Below, in pieces: positions 39,151 to 51,469 of a stretch of 64,000 bases of DNA. The notes beneath the pieces are model-generated. The model did not search any database, was not told where the DNA came from, and worked only from the letters and a program-made list of their open reading frames with translations. Source of the stretch: Cyanophora paradoxa CCMP329. Lineage: Eukaryota; Plantae; Glaucophyta. Made by a program: the position numbers and the translations under genes. The first letter of the stretch is position 1. Each line of letters opens with the position of its first letter. The DNA is taken from NCBI GenBank assembly GCA_004431415.1, contig QPMI01000535.1:248001-312000 (forward strand). Reading direction: 5' to 3'.

Positions 39151-40014
39151 TAAGTATTACACGGTACTACGGTAGCGCTGAATCACTGTGCCACTGTACA
39201 CTGCCGCGGTGTTACTGATCATGCCAGCCTGGCAGTGATGATGATGGCTGATCATGACTCAGTGACGGCGGACCCTGCACGGCTCAGTCGCGCTGCTGAC
39301 TCACGCAGCCGATATCGATTCGAGCGGCTGCCCGTCCCGGTCCGACGGTCCGACGTCCGACGGTCACGCCGGCGGCCGCGGCGGATCCACTGCCGCTGGC
39401 CAAGACTCTGAGACGTCGCAGACTCGCAGGCTCACACTGCCTCACAGCCAGAAGTTGCCCAGAATTGAGCGTCACAGCTCGTGCCGCTTGATCATGAGCA
39501 CGCGCATCGCGCGCCTCAAGCTAGCGCTCGCGTCATGACGCTGTGACGAGTCAGTCGGAGTCACCGATAGATCATAGTATATGAGGCGCCAAAACTTGAA
39601 ACTGTGGCTCAAAACTTGCAATTGTACTACGGTAATTTGTCAGCTGGCCATGCCATGATCATGATGGCACCGGGTTGCAGGTCCGGCCCGGCCGGGCGCA
39701 CTTCTCAGAGTCTAGACATCAACTTTTGGCCCAGTGGCAACACTGAGTCGACCGTCGGACACCGACTCTCAGAGTCTACAGCTATATACCAGTACTAGCT
39801 ATAGTACGGTATACGTATACGTGGGCGCGGCGCTGAGCAGCCTGAGCCGCGTACGCAGTACGCACTGCGGCAGGCGCCTCCTTATAAGCAGAAACGCGAT
39901 ACACACGCTTACGGTTGTCCACGCGTACGGTGATCCGCCCTCAGCTGCAGTCTGGATCTGAGACTCGACTGCAACCGCCTCCTAATACGTGGAACGTTTA
40001 CTTAACGCTGCTAG

Positions 40015-43000
40015 ATGACGTGGATAAATATACGTATACGCACGGTTCCGCGGCCGCTGCTTGCGTGGGTTGCAATCATATTCTTCGGCGTGCTGCAGCT
40101 AGCACTGCCCGCCGTAAATGCAGGTGCATCGGATTCCTTATTGTGTAAATTGTATGCGTATACTATATATGTAAGGCCGCGCTGATAATAACAACTGCGC
40201 AGCTGAACCTCGTTCGATCAAAATTGATTCGCCTTCTCCGTCGGCTCCCTTGAAAGCCATCGAGATCCCGGCCGACGCGGTCTTCACCATCAAATGGACA
40301 GCCAACTTTTTGTGCGGTACTGCCACTATGTCGTACTGCCTATCGAGCACTGGCGAGAAAAACAAGCTTGTCGTCGACATTGTGCCTGACTCCGACGCGG
40401 AAGTCCTGGGCCCGACCAAAGCCATCGCGAATCTCATTGGCGGAGACCGTGCGTCACGGCGTTCTCATAATTATATAAGATATATATATATATATATATC
40501 GCGTGGCTCTCGCATATGCTCATGCATATGCAAATGCATACGAATTCCTCTATCGTATACGTAACCGCACCGCAGAAAAGTACTTGCGATTCGGTGGCTG
40601 GCATACCGCCGAGACGCAGACGGCAGTGGTAAGGATGCCGAAGCTGGACAGCAACAATGCCGCTCTGAGGACTAATATTCCCTATCGTCTCCGCTTCTAT
40701 ATGAAAGACGCGACGAAATGGACTCTAGCGGAGCGAAACGTCGAGTTCGATTTCATTATATTCGTGTTGATTGATTCTGTGACACACACTGCAACCGTTT
40801 CGGCAAACTCCGTGCTTCGTGGTGAAACGGTGCGCGCGTCTACATCTTAGCGGCTTTATCTATATTTAGTGACTCACGATTGTAGATCTCCTGCTCGTGG
40901 TCGCTAAGCGCTGGATCGCCGACGTCTTACGTGGACGCATCAACCAGTTATCTGGGTCTGTACTTTGCAACAGACACTGACGGCGCGAGCACGAACCTCG
41001 GGATCACAAGTCTTTACAGCACGGTGAGCAGCGGCACAGAGGCTTTCCAGGTTCGGAAATTCGATGCCTTGCGAATTGCTACGTATATGTATATTCACCA
41101 GAACGCACGGTTGGTTTCGTAACCGCTCTACAATTAGATATCATCGACAGCAGCGACGACAACGTACGCTTGCCGCTACATTACCATTTATACACAGAAT
41201 TACAATAGCCCTCTCTCCACGGTATGCAAGTATCCAGGAAGCACTCCATGTTCCCGCAAACTCCAAATTGTCAGGTAATTGCACATGACCCTCACACAGG
41301 CAATTGCCAGCGGCTCTAAATTTATTAAAGCTCTAAAGCGCTTTAGTGATTTTGATTCTATGGCCCACGCAGGGCCTCTAGCTCAGAGTTTACAGTCACG
41401 GCGCCGGGGTCGGCTGCGCCGGCCACGGCGCCCACGCCAACTGCTGCTCCCGTGTCGGGCTCATCGACGTCGACTTCGACGTCTCCGAACAAATACGGCG
41501 CTTGCGGCCTCAGCAAGACGTGCTCCGCATGTTCCGGTGCGCAAGGACGTGAGAGTAGGCTGCTCCGAGCACGTTCTACTGTTATCGAGCTCGGCGCGCA
41601 GGCGAGTGTCGCTGGTGCTCCACCGGCGGAATGGGCGACTCGGGCGTCTGTATGCCTGCATCGGGTTCGACAGCTACTTGCGCAAGCCTCAACGGGGCGA
41701 TCACGGCCTCCGTCGATCTCTGCCCGAAGGACACATGCGCGGCGCTGACGTCTTGCACAACCTGCGCCGGTTAGAGTTCCCCTGTCCTGAATATGTCGTC
41801 TTCCTGATTGCGATCGCAATTCACTGGCGCGACTGCGCGCATGGTCAGCCACTGGATGCTCGTTTTGCGGATCAGCTGGCGACGGCGGAATATGCACTGG
41901 CGCAGCTTTCGACGGGTGCCCTTCACCGTTCGAATCGTTGACTCCCACCTCTGTTCAGGGGAGCTGCCCCGCACCGTGCTCTTCCTTGACATCGTGTAAT
42001 TCGTGCCTCGGTTCGCGCATTCTTGCGTGGGCTCTTACTTGACGTTTTACTAAAACGCGCGGCCACGGCGTCGACCAGGCTCTTCGAGTTGCAGGTAAGA
42101 GAGCTAGAATGTTTGATTCCCGATTTAATTCCATCCATATTCGGCTAGCGCTTAATTATAATTCCTGCAGCTGGTGCGAGGGCGCCGGAACGTGCATCGC
42201 AAAGTCGGCATCGTGCGCATTGGGCAAGGCCATCACTGGCCAGGCAGCGTCATGCCCAGCTCCCGACTCGCGTGGATGCTCAAAGCTCACGTCATGCTCT
42301 TCCTGCTTTGGTGCGTATAATGCGATCGAATGTTTTACGAGATCCGCACGCGTTTGCGCTTATGGATACGCGTACGTCTGCGCATGCAGGAGTAACAAAC
42401 TGCCAGTGGTGCGGAAATGCGGGCGATGCCGGGCAGTGTTTGCCTGTTGAGGACATGAGTCCGGATCCAAATACGGGAAAAGAGTCCAAGTGCAGTTCGA
42501 CGAGCAAGGTCCTGAGCCTCGGAGCCTGCCCAGCACTCTGCTCCGCGCAGACGCAGTGCTCTGGCTGTACGGGCAAAGGCTGCAAATACTGCGGTGGCGC
42601 CGGCGAAGGCGGTCTCTGCCTAGGCACGGCATCAGCTTCGTGCACCGGCATTCACGCGAGTCTCAGTCCGATCGTCGTACCGGCACAATGCCCTGCTACG
42701 TGCACGTCGCACACCACATGTGCAAGCTGTGCAGGTGCTCACGGTCACTTGCTTTGCTTGCAATCTCTGCAATTGACATCGCTCGCAGTGGTGCCTGGAT
42801 GCGCCTGGACATCTGCGGCCAAAGGCGACGGCGGCACATGCTCGTCCCTCGCCGACGCCCCAGCGACGGGATCCATCACTGCCGTTTCGTCGTGTCCACG
42901 CACGTGCACCTCGATTTTGTCGTGCGGTCCTTGCGCGGATTCGGGTGCGCTTTGCAGACGAATGGCCATGGCCCGTTTGCATGTTGCACTTGTTCAATCG

Positions 43001-45442
43001 TGAAATGCGAAGGTCGGTGCTTCTGGTCTACGGCGACGTCAAAGTGCAGCTCCACTGCGACGGCTGGGGCCATTTCGGAGAGCGGCAAGTGTCCGGCCAC
43101 CGCCTGCACTTCGAGTCTCTTCTCCCACAGCTGCCTGTCGTGCACGGGGCCTGACGCCCTCGGAGCATGCCACTGGTGCGACGCGATCCTTTTCGATATA
43201 TATACTTCGGAATCTGAATAAAAATTCGAAATCTGATCACGGGCATGATTGCGCGGGTGCAGGTGCTCAGACAGTACAGGAGCGGGTACGTGCGCAACCG
43301 CAGGCCAATGCAAGTCGGGCATGGCATCTTTTGGAGAGTCTTCACAGTGCTCGTTTGCCTGTGCGCTCAATAGCCCGCAATTGTGCGTGTACGATTGCAA
43401 ATTAATCGCGTTCATGGCAGCCAAGTTCACCATTCGACTCTCGTACGGAACTGCGACTGTGCCTCCCCAGTTCTGGTACGACAGCGGTGTGCGAGAGGAC
43501 CTCAGAATCTGGTTTGCGGAGCTGGCAAAGATCGACAAACGCCTTGTCAAGGTTCGCATAAATCGCAATTCTATATTTTTCACTTTAAATCAATATGCGG
43601 CTCCGTTTCTCGTCAGCTTATAATAATCTCAGATCTTGTCGCTTACCCAAGGCTCCGTGATCGTGGAGGGCGAGGTGAGAGGATAATTAAAACATTGCGA
43701 TCGATTTTATTTGTCGCGAGAAACCCAGAGAGATTCACGCATGCGCACACGCTCGATACCTGCAGATTCAATCCAGCGAATCGACGGCAAGCACGACTGC
43801 TGCAGTCGGCACGCTCATCTCCAGCCTCAGCAAGGCAACCACCAAGAAGCAGATCGGATCGCTCATGCTCGGCCCGACGCGCGCCTGTGACTCGGCCTCG
43901 AACTGTTACTCGAACAACGTATTTGCTGCGGAGGAGGCAGCGGCAGCATCTGCAGCCACCTCGAGCGGCGTTAACGGGGGCGCCGTTGCCGGTGGCGTCA
44001 TCGCTGCGATTGTTTTCATGTGCGTTCGTTCTGAATAAAGCTATTTTCCGTTTAGAGTAATTAAGCTGTTCATTAAATACAATATTGATCACGCACAACC
44101 GCAGAGCCGCCGTTTTCTTCTTGGTCTGGTGGTTCGTTATCCGCAAGCCGATGCACCCGCTTCCGGAGGGTATGAAGTACCACGCCTTCATCTCGTACCG
44201 CCGGGACGACGGAGTCGACCGCGCGCGGGGTCTGCAGTCCCTCCTCGCCCGCCACCAGTGCGTCTCCCTTTGAACTATTTCGATATCATTGGGGCCGCAA
44301 TACTTACTTGAGAACGAACTCGTACAGATTCAAGGCCTTCTTCGACGCGCGGAGTCTGGGCGCTGGGGACTTCGGCACTCAGCTCACTGTCCGTCCATGG
44401 CCAACGCGCGCGATGGTTGCCGCTCCCACATACTGATGTCCCTCCGCAGAGTGCGCTGAAGAGCTCCGTCGCCTTCATTTCGGTGCTCTATGAGCACACA
44501 CTCGACCGTGCTCGGGATCCTGTGAACGGCCACAGTGACTGGGTCCGAATCGAGATTGTGACAGCGCTCAAGGAGAAGAAAGTGCGCGTTTGCGCATATT
44601 CTTTAACGTTGACGAATTCATATCCTGATCGCACGAGGATCGCGATTGCAGACGATCATCCCCGTGTTCGACCGCGTCTTCAAGCAGAAGGACAAGATGC
44701 TGAGGGACGAGGAGCTCCCGGAGGAGATGCGCGGCTTCACACGCAACAACGCCGTCTTCTTCGACGCCATCGACGGCGCCGAGGACGCCGAGCGCAAGAT
44801 CGTCCACTTCGTTAGCGACGCCGTCCAGGCGCTGCTTGAGAAGGAGAATCGCAGGTGCGCAGCCGCTCCGATCGCGAAGATCTCAAATATAAGCTTGCAC
44901 ATTGCCATTGAAGCTAGAGATTGAGCTTTGCATTTCGCAGGGGCTTCCGGGCGTTGTTCCCCTTCTCCAAAATTAAACAACCCGCCTCCGGTCGCTTGTC
45001 GGATGTCGAGAAGGGGAGCAGTGACTCCCTGGCCGGCGAGGGTGAGAAGAAAACGGCAGCCCGGGGACCTGCAACTGTGCCCTCCAGCTCCCAGCTTAAG
45101 ATCTGGCCAGAGCCCGGGAGTTCCGCTCCGCAACCGGCTGCCGCCAGCTCAGAGCGGCCTGCAGTCGATCACAATCACGGATCCGGAGCGGCCGGCGCCA
45201 TGCATTCGGCCACCGCACCGGCCGCGGCTGCGGCCGCTGGCGCCCCCGCTTCGATCGCGAGCGGCGTCCATCCGAACCAGTTCGAGTGCCCCATCTGCCT
45301 CGCCGCCAAGGAGCGGCGCTTCGCGCTCGTCCCCTGTGGGCACGTCGCCTGCGCCGAGTGTGCAGCGAGCCTCATGGGCGAAGGCAAGCCCTGCCACGGC
45401 TGCCGGGGCGCCATCACCGGCCTTCAGCGTGTCTTTGAATAG
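40015..45442 (+). CDS. Type I membrane receptor: signal peptide, beta-rich N-domain, ~8 PSI-like Cys repeats, SEA-like module, TM, SARM1-like TIR domain, C3HC4 RING
   Basis: ATG 40015 ...PLLAWVAIIFFGVLQLALPAVNA; repeats of type C-x5-C-x2-C...C-x-W-C...CP at 41500-43350; GSVIV 43651-43665; TM GAVAGGVIAAIVFIAAVFFLVWWFVI-RK; TIR YHAFISYRR...FFDARSLGAGDF...DWVRIEIVTAL...IIPVF...LPEEM; RING CPIC...PCGHVACAECA...CHGCR; TAG 45440-45442. Confidence 0.88.
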
Positions 45443-45621
45443 AGCGTTCACTTTAATTTCCTTCAGCATACACGTAGCTATATATAGATCGCAAAAGTCT
45501 ATCGATATCTCGCAACATGCATATGCTGCACGCAGTACAATCTGGCTATATATATAGGTTTTGGCTTGAAAATCTCTATTCTTCAATTCCGTATTGAAGG
45601 CTCAAACGATTTGCATTAGCA

Positions 45622-45672
45622 CTCATATCACTACCTACGGGGGATTCGCTCCACCGTAGTCTCTCAAAAACA
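45622..45672 (+). mobile_element. Family 1 retro-insertion, very short copy
   Basis: ATATCACTACCTACGGGGGATTCGCTCCACCGTAGTCTCTCAAAAA, the reverse-complement homologue of the 38799/52639 copies; possible TSD ATTAGCA. Confidence 0.7.
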
Positions 45673-46095
45673 ATTAGCATCGCCCAATTTAATTTATCTC
45701 ACCGACTAGATAACACTGAGGACCGTCGAGTGCTGTGCTCTGTATTTGGTGTTTGTATATCTATTAGCTAGTGCTAGGTCTGGTCTGTAGCTTTAAAGTG
45801 TTTAGGTTCAATTAGGTCTTTAGGTCTGGTCTGGTTTTACTCCGTAACGAAGAATTCGTTTCGTTTGGTTTAGGTTTCGTTGGAATTTTCTTAACGAAGC
45901 ACGCATATAGTTCTTAAGCTTATCACATGCAAATAGCCTCTGGCATACATGTAAATAGCGAGTTTCCGGCGCGGGCGCCTCGTTAGCCAATGGCGGAGGC
46001 ATCGAGCTCCTTGCAATTTGCGTCTGTTATGCATTTATTTGGCAACGACAGATGAGCGGAATCGCGGGAGCGGCGCCCCAAACTCGGACCCGGGC

Positions 46096-48991
46096 TCAGT
46101 CTCCCGGGGCCTCCTCGATGTCGGGGGCGCCGCGGCGCCCCCGCCAGGCGCCCCAGCGCTCCGCCGCCCGCGCCGCCAGACGCCGCGCCTCCGCTGGGTG
46201 CTTCGCTGCGCCGCGGGGTCGGAGGTGGAGGGGCGAAGGGGAGGGAGGGGGGAGGGGTTCGGGCACCGTACACGTTCAGGAGGGTGCCTGCCGCCCGAGG
46301 CCGAGCGAGTCAGAAACGGGCGCGGATGGGGGGGGGGGGGGGAAGGGCCGGGGGTACCGGAGAAGAGGAGGAGGGATGAGACGAGGTAGAGGTTGGACCA
46401 GGGCTTGGGGTAGAAGATGAACTGCGGCGGGTTAGACGGGGAGGCGCGGAAACGGTACCCTTCCCCCTGGACCCACCGCCTCTCAGCCCCCTCCGATCCC
46501 CGCCGCCCTGGTCCCCTCTAATCCCCGTCGCCCCGCCCCCCGCTGGGCGGACCGAGAGGCAGATTGTGAGGAGCTTGCGGCATGAGGTCACCACCACCTG
46601 CGCCGCGGTGGGTACGGGGTGCCGGGAACGGGAGGGGGGGGGGGGGGGGGGGCGCAAGGACCGTCGTGACGGCGCCGAAGAGCTGCAGTGAGGCGAAACA
46701 ATATGAAAAGGAAGGAAGGAGGAAAGGGGGGTACGCGCCTTGACGGAGGCGAGGACGAGCTGCAGGCCGACGTACGAGGCGGAGCAGAGCTGCAGAGGGG
46801 GGTACAGGCTGTGAGGGCCCGAGGCGGAGCCGGAGGGGTAGTGGGGAGGAGGGGAGGGGCTTCGCCTCGCACGGCGCTAAGTCGGGTAGGAGTCCGAGCC
46901 CGTCGCCCCTTGCCCGCCTCCCCCACCCCCCCCCCCTCTCCGCCCCCCCCCCGCTCTCCCCCCCCCGCCCCCAACCCCCTTTTCGCGCACGAGGAGGAGG
47001 CGCCAGTAGCAGGAGGGGTTCCTCGTGAAGAAGCGGAGGGCGGCGCGGAGCTCCCCGTGGCGAGGACGACGAGGAGGTTGAGGCCGGCCGCCACCGCGTA
47101 CGAGCACGCGCACATCTCAGCCGAGGAGACCCCGTGCCTGGGGCAAGGGAGAGCGGAGGGGGAGGAAGATGGTGAGCCGGGGGCGGGGGGGGGGGGGGGG
47201 GCGGGGGGGGGGGGGGCGGGCGAGAGGGCGGCGTCTCCGTCTTCTTCTTATGTTATAACTATGTGCCCGTGCTCCTATGTCTCCTCTCTGGTGTGCTGCG
47301 GACCGTGTGAGCATCTTCTCCTGGACGTTGCCGAGGAAGGCGTCCGAGGCGAGGGCGACGAGGAGGAAGGCGATCCCGCGCGCGTCGAACTTCGGCGACA
47401 CCGACACGTCTGCGGGGGCGCGAGGGAGGGAGGCCCCGGGCATGAGACCTCGAGGCGGCGATGGAGGGGCCTAGACGGAGCCTAGACTGCAGAAGAAGCC
47501 TAGACGGAGCCTAAACTTGAGCCTAGGCTGGAGCCTAGACCCCAGACTCGGGCGACACCGACATCGACGGCGCGGAGAGGGGAGGGAGGCCCCGCGCCAG
47601 GCGCCCCGCCCCGCCCCGCCCCGCCCCGCGGCGGGGCGCCTGGTCCCCCGCCCCGCCGGCCGCACCGGCGAGGGTGAAGAGGGTGAGGCCAAGGAAGAAG
47701 AGGAACGACGAGAGGTACCTGGAGGGGTACGGCATCAGGAAGGCGGGGGGGGGGGGGAAGAGGGGGGGGTGCCGCACTCGAGGCCCGAGTAGCGTTTTCG
47801 GAGGACGAGGAAGCCCGCGAGCTGCGGGGGTACGCGGTTCGAAAGGGGTACGGGGCGGGGAAGGGCCGAGGGTGTGCGGGGGCACCATGACGGGAATGAC
47901 TGGCGGAGGAAACGGGGCGCAGGTTGGCGAGATGGGGTGGGGGTACGCTTGGCGAGGCGCGCCGTACCCTTGGCGCTCTGCGGGCGGGAGGAGGCACGTG
48001 AGGGGGGTACGCGAGCGCCAAATCGTGGTGGCCGACCTTGAAAACGATGCTAATAGGGTAGTTCACGTGATTGAGGGACCTGGCGGGCGGGGGGTGGGAT
48101 AGCACGACGGGTCAGGGCGGGGTAAGAGGACGGGATGGACGCAAGAGGGGGGGGTAGACGAACATGGAAGTGAAGCCGGAGCTTCGTGCGCAAAAGCGGG
48201 GTACGTTAGAGGGGCGCGGCGGGTCGCGAGGCGCCGCGCCGCGTGCACCTTATGAACGCCAGGGCTGGGTGGGGGTACCAGAATTTAGCAGCGCCGGCAA
48301 AGGAAAAGGGGCGCGGGCGGGATTCGAACCGCCGATGAAGAGGTACGAGGTCCAGGGGCCCTTCCGCACCGTCTCGTTTCGCTGGAGCCTGGCGCAGAAA
48401 AGCGATCAGGGCGGATCGAGCCGCGTCGAACGGGACCAATTCTTCTTCTTCTTCTTCTTCCAGGCACCGCTCGAGCTGGGAGTAGGAGGCGGCGATAGTG
48501 AAGATGGAGAGGGTCATGACCCACGTGAACGTGAAGCCCGGGATGTGGAAGAGGCCCTCCTGCATGTACGCTGCCCGCGGATCAAATCTCACGAAATCAA
48601 ATCTCGGGGGAGGGCGGGCGCGGGACACCGTAGATCTGGTAGACGGAGAAGATGCCGCCGGCACAGACGAAGAAACGAGCCCGGGGGCTCCCCCTCGGAG
48701 GTCATCGAATCCATCCTGGGGGTACTGTCCACCCCGGTCGCGGCCTCCGATCGCGTACCCCCCGGCCGATCGACATCGCGGGCCGGGGCGCAGGCCGAGG
48801 AAGCTCGGGAACGGAGGCGAAGGCAGGAGGAGGAGGAGGAGGAGGAGGGGGTCCGGGGGCGGCAGGAGCAGCAGCTGCGGGCGGCCCCGGGCACCAAAAA
48901 CAGCGCCGCACCCGCCCGCGAGCCGGTGCGGATCGATGTCGCCCGCCCGCCCGCGCCCCCGCGCGGCCGGACCGTCTCGTGACCGGGGCAT
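46096..48991 (-). CDS. UAA-family nucleotide-sugar/PAPS transporter (SLC35B3-like)
   Basis: YMQEGLFHIPGFTFTWVMTL, SLNHVNYPISIVFK, PKFDARGIAFLLVALASDAFLGNVQEKML, VVVTSCRKLLTICLS; 3' end approximate. Confidence 0.8.
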
Positions 48992-49776
48992 GCGCACGCG
49001 CGGCGCAGGAGCGCGGGGGAAAGGGGAAGGCGAGGCGCGCCGGGGGCGCGGCGGGCGGGGGCGGCCCCCGCCGGAGCGCCGAGAGGAGGTCGGCGGCCCA
49101 CGGCCCCCTCGCCGCGCTCGACCCCCAGCTCCTCCTCTAGCGAACAGGCCAGCTAGATGCAGCTTCGTGTAGTGGGCAAGGGGGTGGGATTAGCTTTAGG
49201 CGCACCCAATTTTGCAATGCAACTGGACGGGGCTAATCAAAAGATATAAGAGCAGGGAAGATGGGGCCGGAGGCAAGACCACGGCCCCCGCGGAGACCTA
49301 GGCGTGAAGCCCCTGACCGAGCGCTTTGTTTCCTCTATAGGTACTAGGCTAGCTCCGGGGAGGGCCCCGGGGAGCCCGAGGCGCGGCGTCGCAGGCCTCG
49401 CAAGGCCACGGCCGCCGGCGCCCCCGAGGGCTCGAGCTCCGCGTATGCATGCACATGCACCGGGCGCGCGCGAGCTAGCGCTCGAGCTCGAGGCCGGAGG
49501 CAGACCGTAGAGGTAGCGCGCGGAGCGTGAGGTAGCCCGAGTGCTGCTTTCAATTGCAGGCGGGACGTCACCGTCACGTCGGCAGGACCCGCAATTCATT
49601 GCAAGCGGACGTCGACGGCGCGCAGCGCAAACCGATTTTGGACGTGATCGGCGCTGTTTAAGCCGCCTTTTAGCTCGCTCGCATCGGCGCCATCTAGATC
49701 TAGATCTGCATGCGCAGCGGCTGCAGCTGCAGCCTGTATACGTAGCGCTTTTGCTAGCGCGAGGCTCTGTGAGCAA

Positions 49777-51469
49777 TGGGGGGTACAGCACTCGACAGAA
49801 GTGCACCAGGGCTTTGGATCAGGGCCGGGGCGTTATCCCGAGTTCGCCCGTCCAAAAGCGCGGCGATGACATCGGCGCAGTGTGACAACGGCTGGGATGT
49901 GGTCGACGGCAAGAGCGCGCCGGTCTTCTACCTCCAATCCATACAAAAATGGGTTCGTCGCGCTAGCGCTGCGCATGCCCCGGCCCGGCCCGGCGGCCTC
50001 GAACTCGCCGGGGGCCACGCCGCGGCGACGGCGTTGCAACTAGCGTCGTCTGAGGGTCCCTCCGGTCCTGGCCACGGTTCTAGATCCATGTGCTCGGATA
50101 GCAATTGCAACGAGACGCGCCGCGGTTCCGAGCGCCGACCCTCTCGCCGACGACCACCTGCAGCCTGCAGGCATAGGCCTAGAGCCTAGGCTCAGGGGAT
50201 GAGCGGCAGGCGCCGACGCCCGCCTAATCATGAGCCCCATCTCAGAGTCTGATCCAGAGCGCAGGACCCGAATGCCCGCTTCACTGTCGGCGAGCGAGCG
50301 CAGGAAAAGTGCGCGGAATCCGACGATGACACAGTTCTCTTGGGCCTGCGCATGCGCTCGCATCCGAACCGGTCCGCGTACGCGTTGCTGATCATGGGAG
50401 GCCGCAGGGGTTTCGTGCCCGGAGAGCTCCGCTATCCCATCTGCTGCCCGAGCCAGACCAAGTGCGCACACTGGCCGCCCGCGGCCGCCGCGTCAGCGTT
50501 CGAGACGGGGCCGGCGCCCGGCCCGGCCGCGGCTCCCCCGCTCGAACTTCGTTCGAGCTCGAGCTTGCGCCGCGCGGCCGCAGGTATGTCCTGATGATGA
50601 AAGAGGAGAGCCCGGGCCCGGATAACGGCTTCGCGATGAACGCCCACTGCTGCGGCTCGGCCCAGGACCTCCTCGGCAAGGACGCCCCCTCGGTCCGCGC
50701 CGGCCAGCGAAGAGGATAAGACGAGAGATGGGTCCCCTGCAGCCGGCTGACGGACGCCGGGGCGGGGGCGGCGCGCAGGACACTCTGGAGGCCGGGGCGG
50801 CGTTCAACCAGACCTGCCGCGCCGGTGCGCTCGCTCGATGGCGAGCTTAGGCCCTAGGCCTAGCTCTAGCAGCGCCCGCACTCCTCTTAGCTTCATGGAG
50901 CCTATATAGCTAAGCGATCGCCGGGCAGCGGACGGGTGGGACTTCGGGAGCGTGCTGCTCCACAAGCGGAACCGGGCCCTCCTGGGCAAGGCCAAGTTCT
51001 CGAAGGACGTCCAGCGGCAGGTCGACAAGCTCGTCGCCGCCCACCTCCTCAGCTACATGCAGTGCGCGCGCGCTCAGCTGCAGCCCGCCGGGCCGCAGCC
51101 GCGGCCGCGAGCTCGGCTTTGAGCGAGGCCGGCCGGGGCCGCGGGGCGCGTGCGCAGGAACGACGGGCGGATGCTGCGCGCCGACGCGTACGCGCAGTAC
51201 AGCGCGGCGCCGGAGGACGTCGACGCCGCCGACGAAGACTCCGCCCCGACGCGCTCGCGTTCGATCTCGTCGGCGCCGAGGTCCGATGTCCATCCGGCCT
51301 GCCCCGAGGCCGAGGCCTGATCATCGGGCCGGGGCGGGGCGCAGGAGGACGGGGCGGAGGCGGGCTTCGCGGCGGGGGCGGCGGGGCGGGCGACGAAACG
51401 GCGACGGCGCTCGCGTTCGCCGGCGCCGGCGCGGCCGACGGCGCCCGGGAGGTGCTCCAGCTCCTCTGA
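49777..51469 (+). CDS. Multi-exon hypothetical protein
   Basis: Segments MTSAQCDNGWDVVDGKSAPVFYLQSIQKW, YVLMMKEESPGPDNGFAMNAHCCG, DGWDFGSVLLHKRNRALLGKAKFSKDVQRQVDKL; stop at 51469. Confidence 0.5.

Larger units (their letters stand above)
38586..39164. mobile_element. MITE A (Tc1/mariner-type, TA TSD), ~24-bp TIR
   Basis: TA|CCGTGAAATACTTATTTACTGCGC ... GCGCGGTAATTA[MITE B]AGTATTACACGG|TA; TIR matches 21/24 once MITE B is removed. Confidence 0.8.
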
